A DNA stretch of 64,000 bases, taken from contig CAVPHA010000021.1 in the NCBI GenBank assembly GCA_963704125.1, positions 514,857 through 578,856 of the forward strand, written 5' to 3'. Position 1 is the stretch's first letter; every line of letters starts with the position of its first letter. Position numbers and translations under genes: made by a program. The notes beneath the pieces were generated by a model. It searched no databases, was not told the DNA's origin, and worked only from the letters and a program-made list of their open reading frames with translations. This stretch comes from an uncultured Acidobacteriota bacterium (lineage in GTDB: Bacteria > Acidobacteriota > Thermoanaerobaculia > Thermoanaerobaculales > Sulfomarinibacteraceae). Below are positions 32,709 to 42,950 of this stretch, piece after piece.

Positions 32709-34737
32709 TCACTCCTCGTTTGATGGTCTCGTCCACTCGTCCACGGGCGTGGGCTCGAGGAGGATGACCGCGCCCCCAAGGGCACTCCGCTCGCCGCTGC
32801 GGACATCGAGACGAGCCCTGCGACGGGTGTCCCACGGCAGGGCCAGCTCGGCGACCCGTCCGACGGCGCACTCGACACCATCGCCGGACCAACCATCACC
32901 ATCGATGACGAGGGTGGCCGGAGGGTCCGTTCTCGGGTTCGAACTGAACCGTCAGACCCTGGTCGGCCACGATGTCCTGCATCGCCCGCGCGCCCTCGAT
33001 GAGCAGAAAGAGCCGGCCGCTCCCGCCCCAGATGGAGAGCCGCCGGATCGGCTGGTCGTCGTCGGTCTCCACCTGAGCGGCAATGCACCACTCGAAATAG
33101 GAGGTGACCCGGCCGTCGAACCGCGGCGGCTGCCACTGACTCGAGACCGGAACCGCAACGGTTCTGGCGATGGTCTTGAGCGGTATCTCGATATCCCCTC
33201 GGCGGTGCGATGCCGGCTTGGGTGCACGCATCTGCGAGGTGAAGGCGGAAGATCTCGTCATAGAGCGGCGCGAGTTCGGTTGGGTTGTCGTCGCCGAGCC
33301 ACCAGAACCAGTCCGAGGCTTCGGCCACCAGGAGGGATGGTGGGCGTGGGACGCCGGATTGCTCGATGGCACTGCGAACCTCGGCCAGCAGTCGCCAGGC
33401 CGCGGTCTTTTCGGGGTGGCCGATCCAGGTGGCGAAGACGCCGTTGATCCACGAGCCTGGGTGAAGCCGTTCGAGGACGGTGGGTCGGGCGGCGCCGGCC
33501 AGGGTGGCGAGGGTCTCGGGCTCGAGATCGTCGCCGGTCTCACCGAGGGCCGCCATGAGTTCGCGGAGAAACCGGCCGCCGCTGTCCGGATAGTGGAGCC
33601 ACGGGTTTTCGCCATCGAGGGCGAGGACGATGGTCGCGTCCTCCGCGAGGGTGCGGCCGAGCTTGACGAGATCGTCGACCAACGAGCGGGCGGCGCGCGC
33701 TTCATCGTCCCAGCGGCCATAGGTGAAACCGATGGCATCGGACAAGGTGCGATCGCGGAAGAAGAGCACCGGACTCGACCCTGAGAGCGTCCACGGTCGG
33801 TAGAGTTCGATCGCCGCCGCCCCGCCGTCGCGCAGCGGTCTGCCGAGGCTCTTTTCCAGGATTCCCTCGTCGGTGACCAACCACTCGACGCCCGCATCGG
33901 CGTAGATCCCCATCGACCTCGGTGGAGACCGAGCCCTCGGGCGGCCAACAGCCGACGGGGTCGAGGCCTGCGGACCGCATGAGGGCGAGTCCCTGCTCGA
34001 GCTGCCATGCGGCGTCATCCGGGTGAACGAAGTGCGGGACCGCCGGAGCCGGGTGCGGGGCCCAGCTTTCGACGACGATTCCGGTGTCGGCGAGGAGCGG
34101 CATGATGGGGTGGGCGTAGGGGCTGGTCGAAATTTCCACGCCCGGCAGCCCGGCCAAGCTGCTGCCAGAGGCCGATCAGCTCACCCGGCTGAGCCTCGAG
34201 CCACGCCGTGACCGCCTCGTGATCTCTCGGTGAGAATCCACGTCCCTGTGCAGCGAGTCCACTCAGCCGGTCGTCGAGCCACGCCTGTTCACCCGCCTGG
34301 GCGAGAACAAAGAGCACCTGCAGATCGCGGAGATCGCCCGGGCCGAAGGCCTCGGAGAGCCGGAACCGGTCATTCGAGACCTGGCGCAGCCGGCCGAGTT
34401 CGGCGAGTCGAGGGTACCGCCTCATCTGCCGCGAGCTGACGTGAAAGCCCCACGCAACCAGGAGTCCCCGTTGCGCCTCGGTGAGATCGCCGGCGGGCGT
34501 CGTCAATGCCTCGATCACCGGGTCGTGAACCGTCGCGTCGCGGTAGGCGATGAGCTGCTCGAGGAGGGTGGGGACGATGTTGACCACCTGCCCGCGGCCG
34601 CCGGTTGAGAGGATGGCCTGGGCGAGGGTTCGGTAGGCGCCGCCGGCGTGCACCGCTGCCCAGGGTGCGTGAGACACACGGTCCGCGGTGCGATAGGACG
34701 GCTGGTGCAGGTGCCAGAGGAAGCTCAGTTTCGCCAT
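32709..34737 (-). CDS. glycoside hydrolase family 57 protein (multiple frameshifts)
   Basis: 'LSFLWHLHQPSY', 'EISTSPYAHPIMPLL', 'WPPEGSVS' and 'LALDGENPWLHY' are spread over ORFs 34015..34737, 33702..34157, 31955..34018 and 32896..34008. Confidence 0.75.
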
Positions 34738-34748
34738 TCGATGGTTGG

Positions 34749-34949
34749 CTAATCCTCAGGTGTCGCCGTTAGGGTTCGATCGAAACGCCGGTCCATGCTG
34801 AGGTCCTCGTACTCGTCCTCGGTGGCGAACTGCTGCGCGTCGTCGTTGCCGCAGACCTCGCAGACGGCTTCCTTGATGAGGCCGTCCTTCCACTCGAAGA
34901 CATAGGTCGGGCTTTCGCACTCGAGGCAGATGACATAGTCGGGAGTCAT
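34749..34949 (-). CDS. small zinc-ribbon protein
   Basis: 66 aa with 'CLEC...CEVC' and an acidic tail. Confidence 0.4.
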   Translation of the reverse strand: MTPDYVICLECESPTYVFEWKDGLIKEAVCEVCGNDDAQQFATEDEYEDLSMDRRFDRTLTATPED

Positions 34950-35039
34950 GATCGGTACACCATTTGTCGCACCCTACCACAACGCGGCCGCCAACTCATC
35001 TCTCCCCGGAACGACCGATCGCGGGCGCCGGCACGACGG

Positions 35040-37771
35040 TCAGGAGTCGACCTCGATCCCGAGGAGGGCCGCGAGCTCGTGCCGGTCGAATGCGCGGAGG
35101 ACGTTCTCGGTGGGCGCGACGACCTGTTCCATCAGCTCGAGCTTGGATCGGATGAGTTCGTCGATCCGTTCCTCGACGGTGTCGCGGGTCACGAGCTTGA
35201 AGACCTGAACGAATTTCTTCTGACCGATGCGGTGAACGCGATCGGTGGCCTGGTTCTCCTTGGCCGGATTCCACCAACGGTCGTAGTGGATGACCACGGA
35301 AGCGCCGGTGAGATCGATGCCGACCCCGCCGGCGAGGAGGCTCGCGAGGAGCACCCGTTCGTGCTGCTCCGAGTTGAAGCGTCGGATGATCCGACCGCGG
35401 TCCCTGGTGGAGCCGGTCAGCGTGAGGTGCCCAATTCGCCGTTTTCCGAGGTGGCTGGACAAAAAGTCGATCATGGTGACGTACTGCGAGAAGACCACCA
35501 CGCTGCAATCGCCGGCGAGAGCCTCATCGAGAATTTGATCGAGGACGTCGATCTTGCCGGAATCTGAGCTCGATGACAGATTGTCGTCGACCAGGCAAGG
35601 GTGATCGCAGACCTGCTTGAGCCGCGTCAGCAGCGCGAAGATGTGGATGTAGGGGACATTCGAGGCGGGATCCCGGAGCTGATTGGCGATCTGCTGCGAA
35701 CCGAGCTCACGAATCGATCTCGTAGAGCGCCCGTTGTTTTGCGACCATCCGGCAGAAGCGGATGTCCTCGACCTTTTCCGGCAGATCGGCCAGGACCTGG
35801 TCTTTGATCCGTCTCAGGGTGAGCACCGAGAGCCGGCTTCGGAGGCGGTGGAGCTGGTGGTGGGTCGGGTTGCGGTGGTTCGTGCGAAACTCCCGCTCCG
35901 AACCGAGATAGCCGGGGAGGATCAGATCGACCACCGACCAGAGCTCGGTGAGGCGGTTTTCCAGCGGCGTGCCCGAAAGCGCGATGCGAAAGGCGGCGGG
36001 GATCTTGCGGGCGGCGCGGGCGGCCTTGGTCCGCGAGTTCTTGATGCGCTGGGCCTCGTCGAAGACCGCGACCTCCCAGATCCGATCCTGGAGCTCATCC
36101 GCCGACCGGAAGAGGATGTCGTAGGTGGTGAGCACCACGACGCCGCCGTCGATCTTGGCGAGGGAACGACCCGGGCCGTGATAGAGGTGGACCTCGAGAT
36201 CGGGGGCGTATCGGCGGAGCAGGGTGTGCCAGTGTTCGAGGACCCCGCGCGGGCAGACCACCAGGAGCCCTTCGGATCGCTGAACCTCGTGGACCAGGCA
36301 GAGCAGCCCCATGACCTGGTGGGTCTTTCCGAGCCCCATGTCATCGGCGAGCAGGGCGCCGATCCCGGCCAGGTAGCGGTTCCAGAGCCAGGCCACGCCC
36401 TCGCGCTGGTAGGGGCGGAGCCGGGAACGAAGACCGGGTGGCTCCGGACACTCCGGCGACGATCGTCCCTGCAGGAGATCGGCGAGGGAAGACAGCCCTT
36501 CGTTGCCGCCGCTGACCGGGAGCCCGGTCTCGGAGACCAGGCGGATCAGGGCGATCCGGGTACCCAGGAGTCCTTTGGCCGGCTGTCGTCTTCGGCAGCC
36601 TGAACCCGGCCTCCTCGAAGAGCCCGAGATCGGGTGCGCGAACGATGGCGTCGCCGATGCGGGTGAATCCCTTGTCGAGGAGTTCGTAGGCTTCGGGCCA
36701 CTCGAGAGGGCAGCCGGCGGCCTTGAAAACCGGTCGGATGCGGACCCTTCCGTTCGGCGTCAGTTCGGCCTCGAGCGAAACCGGCTTCGGCGCGATGGGT
36801 TGCCGAAACGCGGCCAACTGGCCCTGGGGCAGATACCAGGGGTGCTGCAGCAGCTGCGGGTGATCGAGGTTGAGAAAACGGAGGGCATCCTGGCCTGTGA
36901 GCACCTGGGTTCCGCGGCGGTGGAAGGGAACCAGCGGCGTCGCCGGGTCGAGTACGCGGCACAGGTGGTTGGCGATCCGGGCCCAGCGCCCGAAGATGTG
37001 GCCCTCGAGGCTCGAACCGCGCAGGACCTTGCCGCTGCCCAGACGGTAGCCCGGCTCGAGGGTGATGCCGGTCTCGTTCCACGATGCGATCAGCACCGGG
37101 TGGAGTCGCGCCTCGGAGAGCTCGAGTCCGGTGAGATCGCCGGCGAGCTTGATCCCCGGAAGCGAGCGCAGCAGCGGCAGCGCGGATGGCAGCAGGGTGG
37201 CGCTGAAGACCACCACCCGCCGACCGCCGGATGGCAGAATGATGTGGATCTCGACCTCGTGGCCCGAGATCCGGGCGGTGGCGGCGCCGGTCTTCTGCAA
37301 CGAGAGCTGGAGCTCGAGCGCGGAGCGGAGATCGTGACCGGTGAGATGGCTGAGATCGAGGCGTTCCGCGGTCGCCCGGCCGGGCGCGATGAAGGGGTGG
37401 CGGGAGTTGGCGCGCCAGGCGGCGCCGGGACCCAAGCGCTGCATCGTCGGGCGGACATCGAGCCACTGGAGGAGGGTAGCGACCGCGTGCGGGCACGGAC
37501 CGTCATCATCGTCGCAGGCGGTGCAGCGGCAACCGGTGAACGGACCCCCGGTGTCGGTGAGCCGGACGGTGCAGGCCGGTTGCGAGATCTCGGACTCGAG
37601 CCCGTCGCCGGTCCAGACGATGCGGGTGACCCGTCGTTCCTGGTAGAGGTGGTAGCCGCGCTCGGCGATCCCTCGGGGCAGATCGCCGAGAATCTCACCG
37701 CTCTTGATGTGAAAGAGACCAGCCGGTCGCGACGACGAACCGGCGTGATGAGAGTCGCGAGTCATAGCCAC
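35040..37771 (-). CDS. SWIM zinc-finger + SNF2-family helicase (frameshifts near 35700 and 36400-36600)
   Basis: SWIM 'CRCTACDDDDGPCPH'. SNF2 motifs 'LADDMGLGKT' and 'DEAQRIKN'. The helicase C-domain 'HYDRWWNPAKENQATDRVHRIGQ' is in ORF 35040..35501. Confidence 0.8.
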
Positions 37772-37810
37772 TCATCATATCAAGAACGGATTCGAGAATC
37801 GAATCCGTCA

Positions 37811-37965
37811 ATTATGAATTTTGAATTATGAATTTTGAATTACATCACACCATCACACCATCGCAACGTCGCAACGTCGCAACGCCGCACCTGCACACAG
37901 ACGCAGACGCTATCGGGGCTTATGCGATGAAAATTAAGAATTGAGAATTCAAAATCGAGAATTTC
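37811..37965. repeat. AT-rich heptamer-built palindrome enclosing 8-mer tandem repeats
   Basis: Left arm 'attatgaattttgaattatgaattttgaatt'. Centre '(atcacacc)2 atcgcaac (gtcgcaac)2 gccgcacc'. Right arm 'aattaagaattgagaattcaaaatcgagaatt'. Confidence 0.85.
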
Positions 37966-37966
37966 T

Positions 37967-40213
37967 TCAGTCGATGGCCATGCGGGTGTCGGCGCAGACG
38001 AAGAGAACATCCTGGAGTTCGGGGTGGCGCTGCAGCAGTTCGGCGCCCTTGGAGTTCAACCGCGGCATGGTGAATCCGAGGATGACGAGATCGGCCGTCG
38101 TCGAGTGCTCGGCCACCAGTTGACCGAAGTCGACCTTGGCGTCGGTCGGGAAGATCCGGACGTTGCGCGGGCTGACCGGAATCCGTCCGGTGGCCAGCGT
38201 CTCCTCGATCTTGGCTTCTTCGCCCGCGGCGCGTTCCTCGGGAGCGGCGACCAGGATCTCGATCTCGGCATCGCTCCAATCCGGGGTGGCCGAGGAGGAT
38301 GTAGGCGAGGAGGATCATCAGGCTCGCGTTCTTGTAGTCGTGCCAGGTGAGCCAGATGTGGATCCGATCGCGGTTGCCGAAGAAGACGTCGGAGTGGCGC
38401 AGCACCAGAATGTCCATCTCGGTCGCGGCGGCGAAGAGACTGCCGTCGTAGACCTCCTGGAGGACCTCGGGCGGGTCGTGTTTGGAAAACTCGAAGAGCA
38501 CGACGTTGTTCTCCATGCCCGAGATCCCGGGCACCTGGAGGCTCTGGGCGAGGGCCGAGCTCATCGACGGGCTGATGATGGTGTCGACGAAGACTCCACC
38601 GGCCCGCTCGTGGGCCAGTTTGACGAGCTTCTTCATCGTCTTCTTGGATTCGCGGTAGTTCTCGGGATCGAGGAGCCCGGGGATGAAGTGGAGATAGGTC
38701 CCGACGGCGTGGCGGTGGCACAACCAGGCCATCAGCTGGAGCGGCGCCGCACGATCGAAGGTGCGGCCGTCGACCATGATGATGCTCGGCCGCCACTGGT
38801 CCGCCGTCGACTCGGCTCCGACGCTCTGGAGGCCGATCTGCATCTGCCGGGTGGCCTGGACCATCACCGCCCGGAAAATCGCCCCGAGATCGTCGCCGTC
38901 GGCGGTCCTCGAGGCTCGAATGAAACGGTAGAGCAGAGCGATGGCGATGATCGCCAGCAGCGCGAAGACCGGGTCCATCTGGAACATCAGCAGCAGACAC
39001 CCGACGGCGCCGAGAAGGCTCAGGTACCAGCGCGAGTGGAAGGTCGGACGGTAGCTCGGCCGGGCCGCGAAGTGCTCGAGGAAGGAGATGGCGCAGAGGG
39101 ATCCGTAGGTGACCATGAAGAACATGGAGATGATCCGGGCGACGAAGTCGACGTTGCCCGCGGCGACGAAGGTGACGGCGATGACGCCGGTAATGATGGT
39201 GGCGTTGCGCGGTTCGTTGGCGCCGCCGGTGCCGCGGCCGAGGAAATCGGTGATGGATCGCCAGCGAACCACCCGGTCGTTGGCGATGGCCTGGAGCGTC
39301 CGCGGGGCCACCAGCACCGAACCCACGGCCGACGAGATGGTGGCGCAGGCGAGACCGATGGGGATGATCGGACCCCAGAGGGCGATTCGGCCCATGATGA
39401 GCTGATCCGCGGCCATCGCGTCGGGCGACGCCGAGGCGGCGAGCTTGACGACGACGAGGACGTAGACCACCATGCCGGCGAGGGTCGCGGACAGCGTGCC
39501 GAGGGGGATCGATTTTCGCGGATTGGCGAGGTCGCCGGAGAGCCCGACGCCGGCGGTCATCCCGGTGAAGGCCGGGAAGACGATGGCGAAGACCACGAAG
39601 AAACCGTCGGCATCGGCGACCTTCGTCAGCAGCGAGATGCCGTGCGGCGCGCCCTCCATGGGGGGGCCGAGAAAGAAGAGCAGCAGCGCAGACGGCGAGC
39701 ACGGCGGCGACGAGGTAGAGCCCGACGACTCCGGCGTCGGCGCCGCGCATGATCATCAGAGCCAGCAGCAGCACGACGAACGGCAGCGAGACCATCCGCG
39801 GGTCGAAGACCAACCCGGTCGAGGCCCTCGAGCCAGGGCGCCAGCGGCTGGAAGGCCTCGGCGAAGGCGATGGAGTAGAAGGCGACCGAGATCGACTGCG
39901 AGAGATAGAGCGCGACGCCGATGGTCGCGCCGATGGTGGTGCCGAAGGAGCGCGAGATGATGAAGTACTCGCCGCCGCCCTCGACCCGGCGGTTGGTGGC
40001 GATCTCGGAGATGGCCAGTGCGGTGGGGATGGTGACGGCGTGGCCGATGAGGATGATGAGGCAGGCCCCGAGCAGGCCGACGTTCGCGACCGCGTAGCCG
40101 AAGCGCAGGAAGAGGACCGCGCCGAGGATGGTGCTGATGGCGGCGAGGAAGACCGGCGCGGTGCCGAAGCCGTGCCCGGAGGATCGTGGTTGCGGTTGGT
40201 GGCCATGGCGCAA
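37967..40213 (-). CDS. SLC12/APC-superfamily cation-chloride cotransporter-like protein (frameshifts near 38270 and 39650-39760)
   Basis: TTG start after SD 'gggagag'. The N-terminal permease part is in ORFs 39626..40213, 38056..40506 and 37920..39659. The C-terminal cytoplasmic domain ends '...VLFVCADTRMAID' at 37967. Confidence 0.65.
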
Positions 40214-40240
40214 TCATACTCTCCCGTCCTGGCCGCGTCC

Positions 40241-40270
40241 GCGGCTGCGGTCTCGGTCTCGGTTACGGGA
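40241..40270. repeat. short (NNNCGG)n tract 5' of R1
   Basis: 'gcggctgcggtctcggtctcggttacggg'. Confidence 0.7.
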
Positions 40271-40277
40271 CCCGCAG

Positions 40278-40546
40278 CACCGGCCTTCCGGGACGCTGTG
40301 ACGCGATGGCGTCCCAGCGCCCCAGCGTCGCACCATCGGCGTGGTCGCTCCTGGGATGATTGGGGGGCTGCGACCACGCCGATGGTACGCCGGCGGCCTC
40401 CCTCTGAGCCGGGAGAGCAGACCGCATCGCGCCTCCCGGGGGAGCCCGGTATGACATTGTGCGGGGCGTGACGCGGTGCCGGGAGGTCGATCGGGCACAA
40501 TGTCATACCCCGACATCCCGAGGAGGGCGGATCCTGCGTGCCCGGT
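40278..40546. repeat. R element copy 1 (solo): ~270-nt hairpin-rich repeat, candidate structured RNA or DNA element
   Basis: Helix A 40333..40347/40371..40385 (15-16 bp perfect). Helix B 40448..40462/40495..40509 (15 bp perfect). Homologous to 43859.., 44713.., 58904.. and 59799... Confidence 0.85.
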
Positions 40547-40599
40547 GATGGCCGCTTGACCCCAATGCACCGCGGGTCGGTAACCAGGCTCCGCAGATT

Positions 40600-40768
40600 G
40601 GTCGTTCATTGACACGGCTTGCTCTCTTAACGTCTGACGAAAAGTGTGAATAGCTTGACACAAAATCTGATAACAACGTACTAAAAATATTGATTTCTGA
40701 GACTTGACAATTAATCACGCAGGTATTACATTGTGCTTGCGTGTGAAATTGATAAGGAGGTACTCAAA
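40600..40768 (+). promoter_or_regulatory. AT-rich hsp20 upstream region with three TTGACA boxes
   Basis: TTGACA at 40609, 40655 and 40704. Possible -10 boxes are TACTAA (40679) and TACATT (40727). SD 'aaggagg' lies 7 nt before the ATG. Confidence 0.4.
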
Positions 40769-41230
40769 ATGAGAAACATGATTCGTTGGCAGCCCATCAA
40801 CCGTCCCGCAAACTGGAACACCGGCATCGACCGACTCTTCAACGAGTTCATGGGCCGTTCCATCCGCCAGATGGAGGAAGAGACCGCGGCCTGCGCGTGG
40901 ACGCCCGCCGTCAACATCCTCGAGCGAGAAGACGGCATCGTCATCACCGCCGATCTCCCCGGTCTCAAGGCCGAGGATGTCGAGGTCACCATCGACAACG
41001 GCGTGCTCACCCTCAAGGGCGAGCGCACCCTCGAGGAGATCGCCGAGGGCGAGACCTACCACCGGGTGGAGCGTTCCTACGGCAAGTTCGAGCGCAGCTT
41101 CTCGGTCCCGAACTCGGTTGATACCAAGAAGATCGAGGCCCGCTTCGTCAACGGCGAGATGACCCTCACGCTCCCCAAGCGCGACGAGTCCAAGCCGCGG
41201 TCGGTCAAGATCAAGGTCGCCACCGCGTAA
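40769..41230 (+). CDS. Hsp20/alpha-crystallin family small heat-shock protein
   Basis: 'WTPAVNILEREDGIVITADLPGLKAEDVEVTIDNGVLTLKGER...ERSYGKFERSFSVP...NGEMTLTLPK'. Confidence 0.9.
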   Translation: MRNMIRWQPINRPANWNTGIDRLFNEFMGRSIRQMEEETAACAWTPAVNILEREDGIVITADLPGLKAEDVEVTIDNGVLTLKGERTLEEIAEGETYHRVERSYGKFERSFSVPNSVDTKKIEARFVNGEMTLTLPKRDESKPRSVKIKVATA

Positions 41231-41331
41231 TCGATCCGACCGACACATTCACATCTCGGTACGGAAAGACCCCGGCGGTCGGCCGGGGTCTTTTCTTGAC
41301 CTGGTCCTCGTCCGCAACGTAGCGTTGACCC

Positions 41332-42261
41332 ATGACAGATCATGTGATCACGTTGGCCTTGGGCGGTGGGGCGGCCAAGGGACTGGCCCACATCGGTGTC
41401 CTCAAGGGCCTCGAGGAGGACGGTTTCGAGGTCGCGGCCATCGCCGGGACATCCATGGGTTCCATCATCGGCGCGATGGCGGCTCAAGGCCTGAGCGCAC
41501 GTGAAATGGAGGGCCTCTTCCGAGCCATCGATTGGGTTCGACTCGGCCGGATCATGGTGACATCGGTGAGCGGCGCCGCCTTCCATGACATGTTGCGTGA
41601 GAGCTTTGGCGGGATCCTCATCGAAGACCTGGGGATCGCGTTCGCGGCGGTCTGCGCCGATCTCGACACCGGCGAGATGGTCGTCCTCGATGCCGGTGAT
41701 CTCGCCGAGGCGGTCTGCGCCTCGTCTTCGATTCCCGGCATCCTGCCGTCACGCCAGCTCGACGGACGTCGGCTGGTGGACGGAGCGGTGGTCGAACCTG
41801 TTCCGGTGACCGCTGCCTCCGCCATGGCGGTGGGCACGGTGCTCGCCGTCAACGTGGTTCGTCCGCCCACCCGCCAGGAACAGAGCGGGGCCATCATGAC
41901 CACCATGCCGATTTCGGTCGAGTGGCCGTCGGCCTTTCGTCGGGTCGAAGCCTGGCTTCGTCGTCAGCGCACCGAAGAGGTCGAGGGGGAGATCAGCGCG
42001 CGGGTGTCGCGCTGGGAGACGGTCTTCCGTTCCTTCCACATCATGCAGCACCGCCTCGCCACGTGCAGTCAGATCGATGTGCCCATGATCGAGCCGCAGG
42101 TCGGCCGGTTCGGCTGGTTCGATTTTCACCGGGTCGACGAGATCATCGCCGCCGGTTACGACGCGTACCGCGAGTGGGCGGACGACATCATCAATTCTGA
42201 ATTCTTAATTTTGAATTCTAAATTTCATCGCACCATCGCAACGGGCGCCTTGCGACGGTAA
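41332..42261 (+). CDS. patatin-like phospholipase
   Basis: Oxyanion 'GGGAAKG', nucleophile 'GTSMGS' and catalytic 'DGA'. The last ~20 codons run into the AT-rich palindrome. Confidence 0.85.
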   Translation: MTDHVITLALGGGAAKGLAHIGVLKGLEEDGFEVAAIAGTSMGSIIGAMAAQGLSAREMEGLFRAIDWVRLGRIMVTSVSGAAFHDMLRESFGGILIEDLGIAFAAVCADLDTGEMVVLDAGDLAEAVCASSSIPGILPSRQLDGRRLVDGAVVEPVPVTAASAMAVGTVLAVNVVRPPTRQEQSGAIMTTMPISVEWPSAFRRVEAWLRRQRTEEVEGEISARVSRWETVFRSFHIMQHRLATCSQIDVPMIEPQVGRFGWFDFHRVDEIIAAGYDAYREWADDIINSEFLILNSKFHRTIATGALRR

Positions 42262-42292
42262 TTAAGAATTAAGAATTAAAAATTGAGAATTC
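42192..42292. repeat. AT-rich heptamer-built palindrome between convergent genes
   Basis: Left arm 'tcaattctgaattcttaattttgaattctaaattt'. Centre 'catcgcaccatcgcaacgggcgccttgcgacgg'. Right arm 'taattaagaattaagaattaaaaattgagaattc'. Confidence 0.85.
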
Positions 42293-42294
42293 CC

Positions 42295-42871
42295 CTAGAG
42301 ATTGCTCTCCACGAACTCCCAGTTCACCCAGCCCCAGAAATCCTGGAGGTACTTGGCGCGAGCGTTCCGGAAGTCGATGTAGTAGGCGTGCTCCCAGACG
42401 TCGCACGTCAGCAGCGGGGTGGCGCCATCCCGCATGGGGTTTTCGGCGTTGGCGGTGGTGGTGATGGCGAGTGAACCGTCAGGGTTCTTGACCAGCCACG
42501 CCCAACCCGAGCCGAACCGGCCCACGCCGGCTTTGTTGAACGCCTCCTTGAATGCAGTCGAAGCCGCCAAAGGCCTCGCTGAGCCGGGCTTCGATCGCGG
42601 CGCTCGGATTGCTTCCGCCGCCGCCCTTCAGGCAGTTCCAGTAGAACGTGTGGTTCCAAACCTGCGCCGCGTTGTTGAAGACGCCTCCGTCGGTGGTCTT
42701 GATGAGTTCCTCGAGGGTGGCGCCGTCGCGGGGAGTGCCGGCCGTCAGCTTGTTGAGGTTGTCGACATAGGCTTTGTGGTGTTTGCCGTGGTGGTAGTCG
42801 AGGGTCTCGGCGGACAGGAAGGGTTCGAGGTCGTTGGGGCCAAACGGAAGCCGCGGGAGTTCATATGCCAT
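42295..42871 (-). CDS. sodB: Fe-type superoxide dismutase (frameshift near 42560)
   Basis: 'LDYHHGKHH', '[17 protein letters not shown]' and '[13 protein letters not shown]'. Joined from ORFs 42479..43861 (part) and 42295..42570. Confidence 0.9.
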
Positions 42872-42950
42872 CTGTTCCTCCAAGGTTTGCGTGATCGCGC
42901 ACATTGTACGCCAACCCATCGCGAAGACCCCGGTGGGAATAGGGTTTTTA

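Noticed and set aside
34749-37771. Defence-system reading of the SWIM-SNF2 helicase plus the adjacent small zinc-ribbon protein.
   Set aside because: SWIM-SNF2 helicases are common chromosomal genes. There is no nuclease, methylase, TIR/SIR2 or other effector next to it. The neighbours are glycogen-metabolism and transporter genes.
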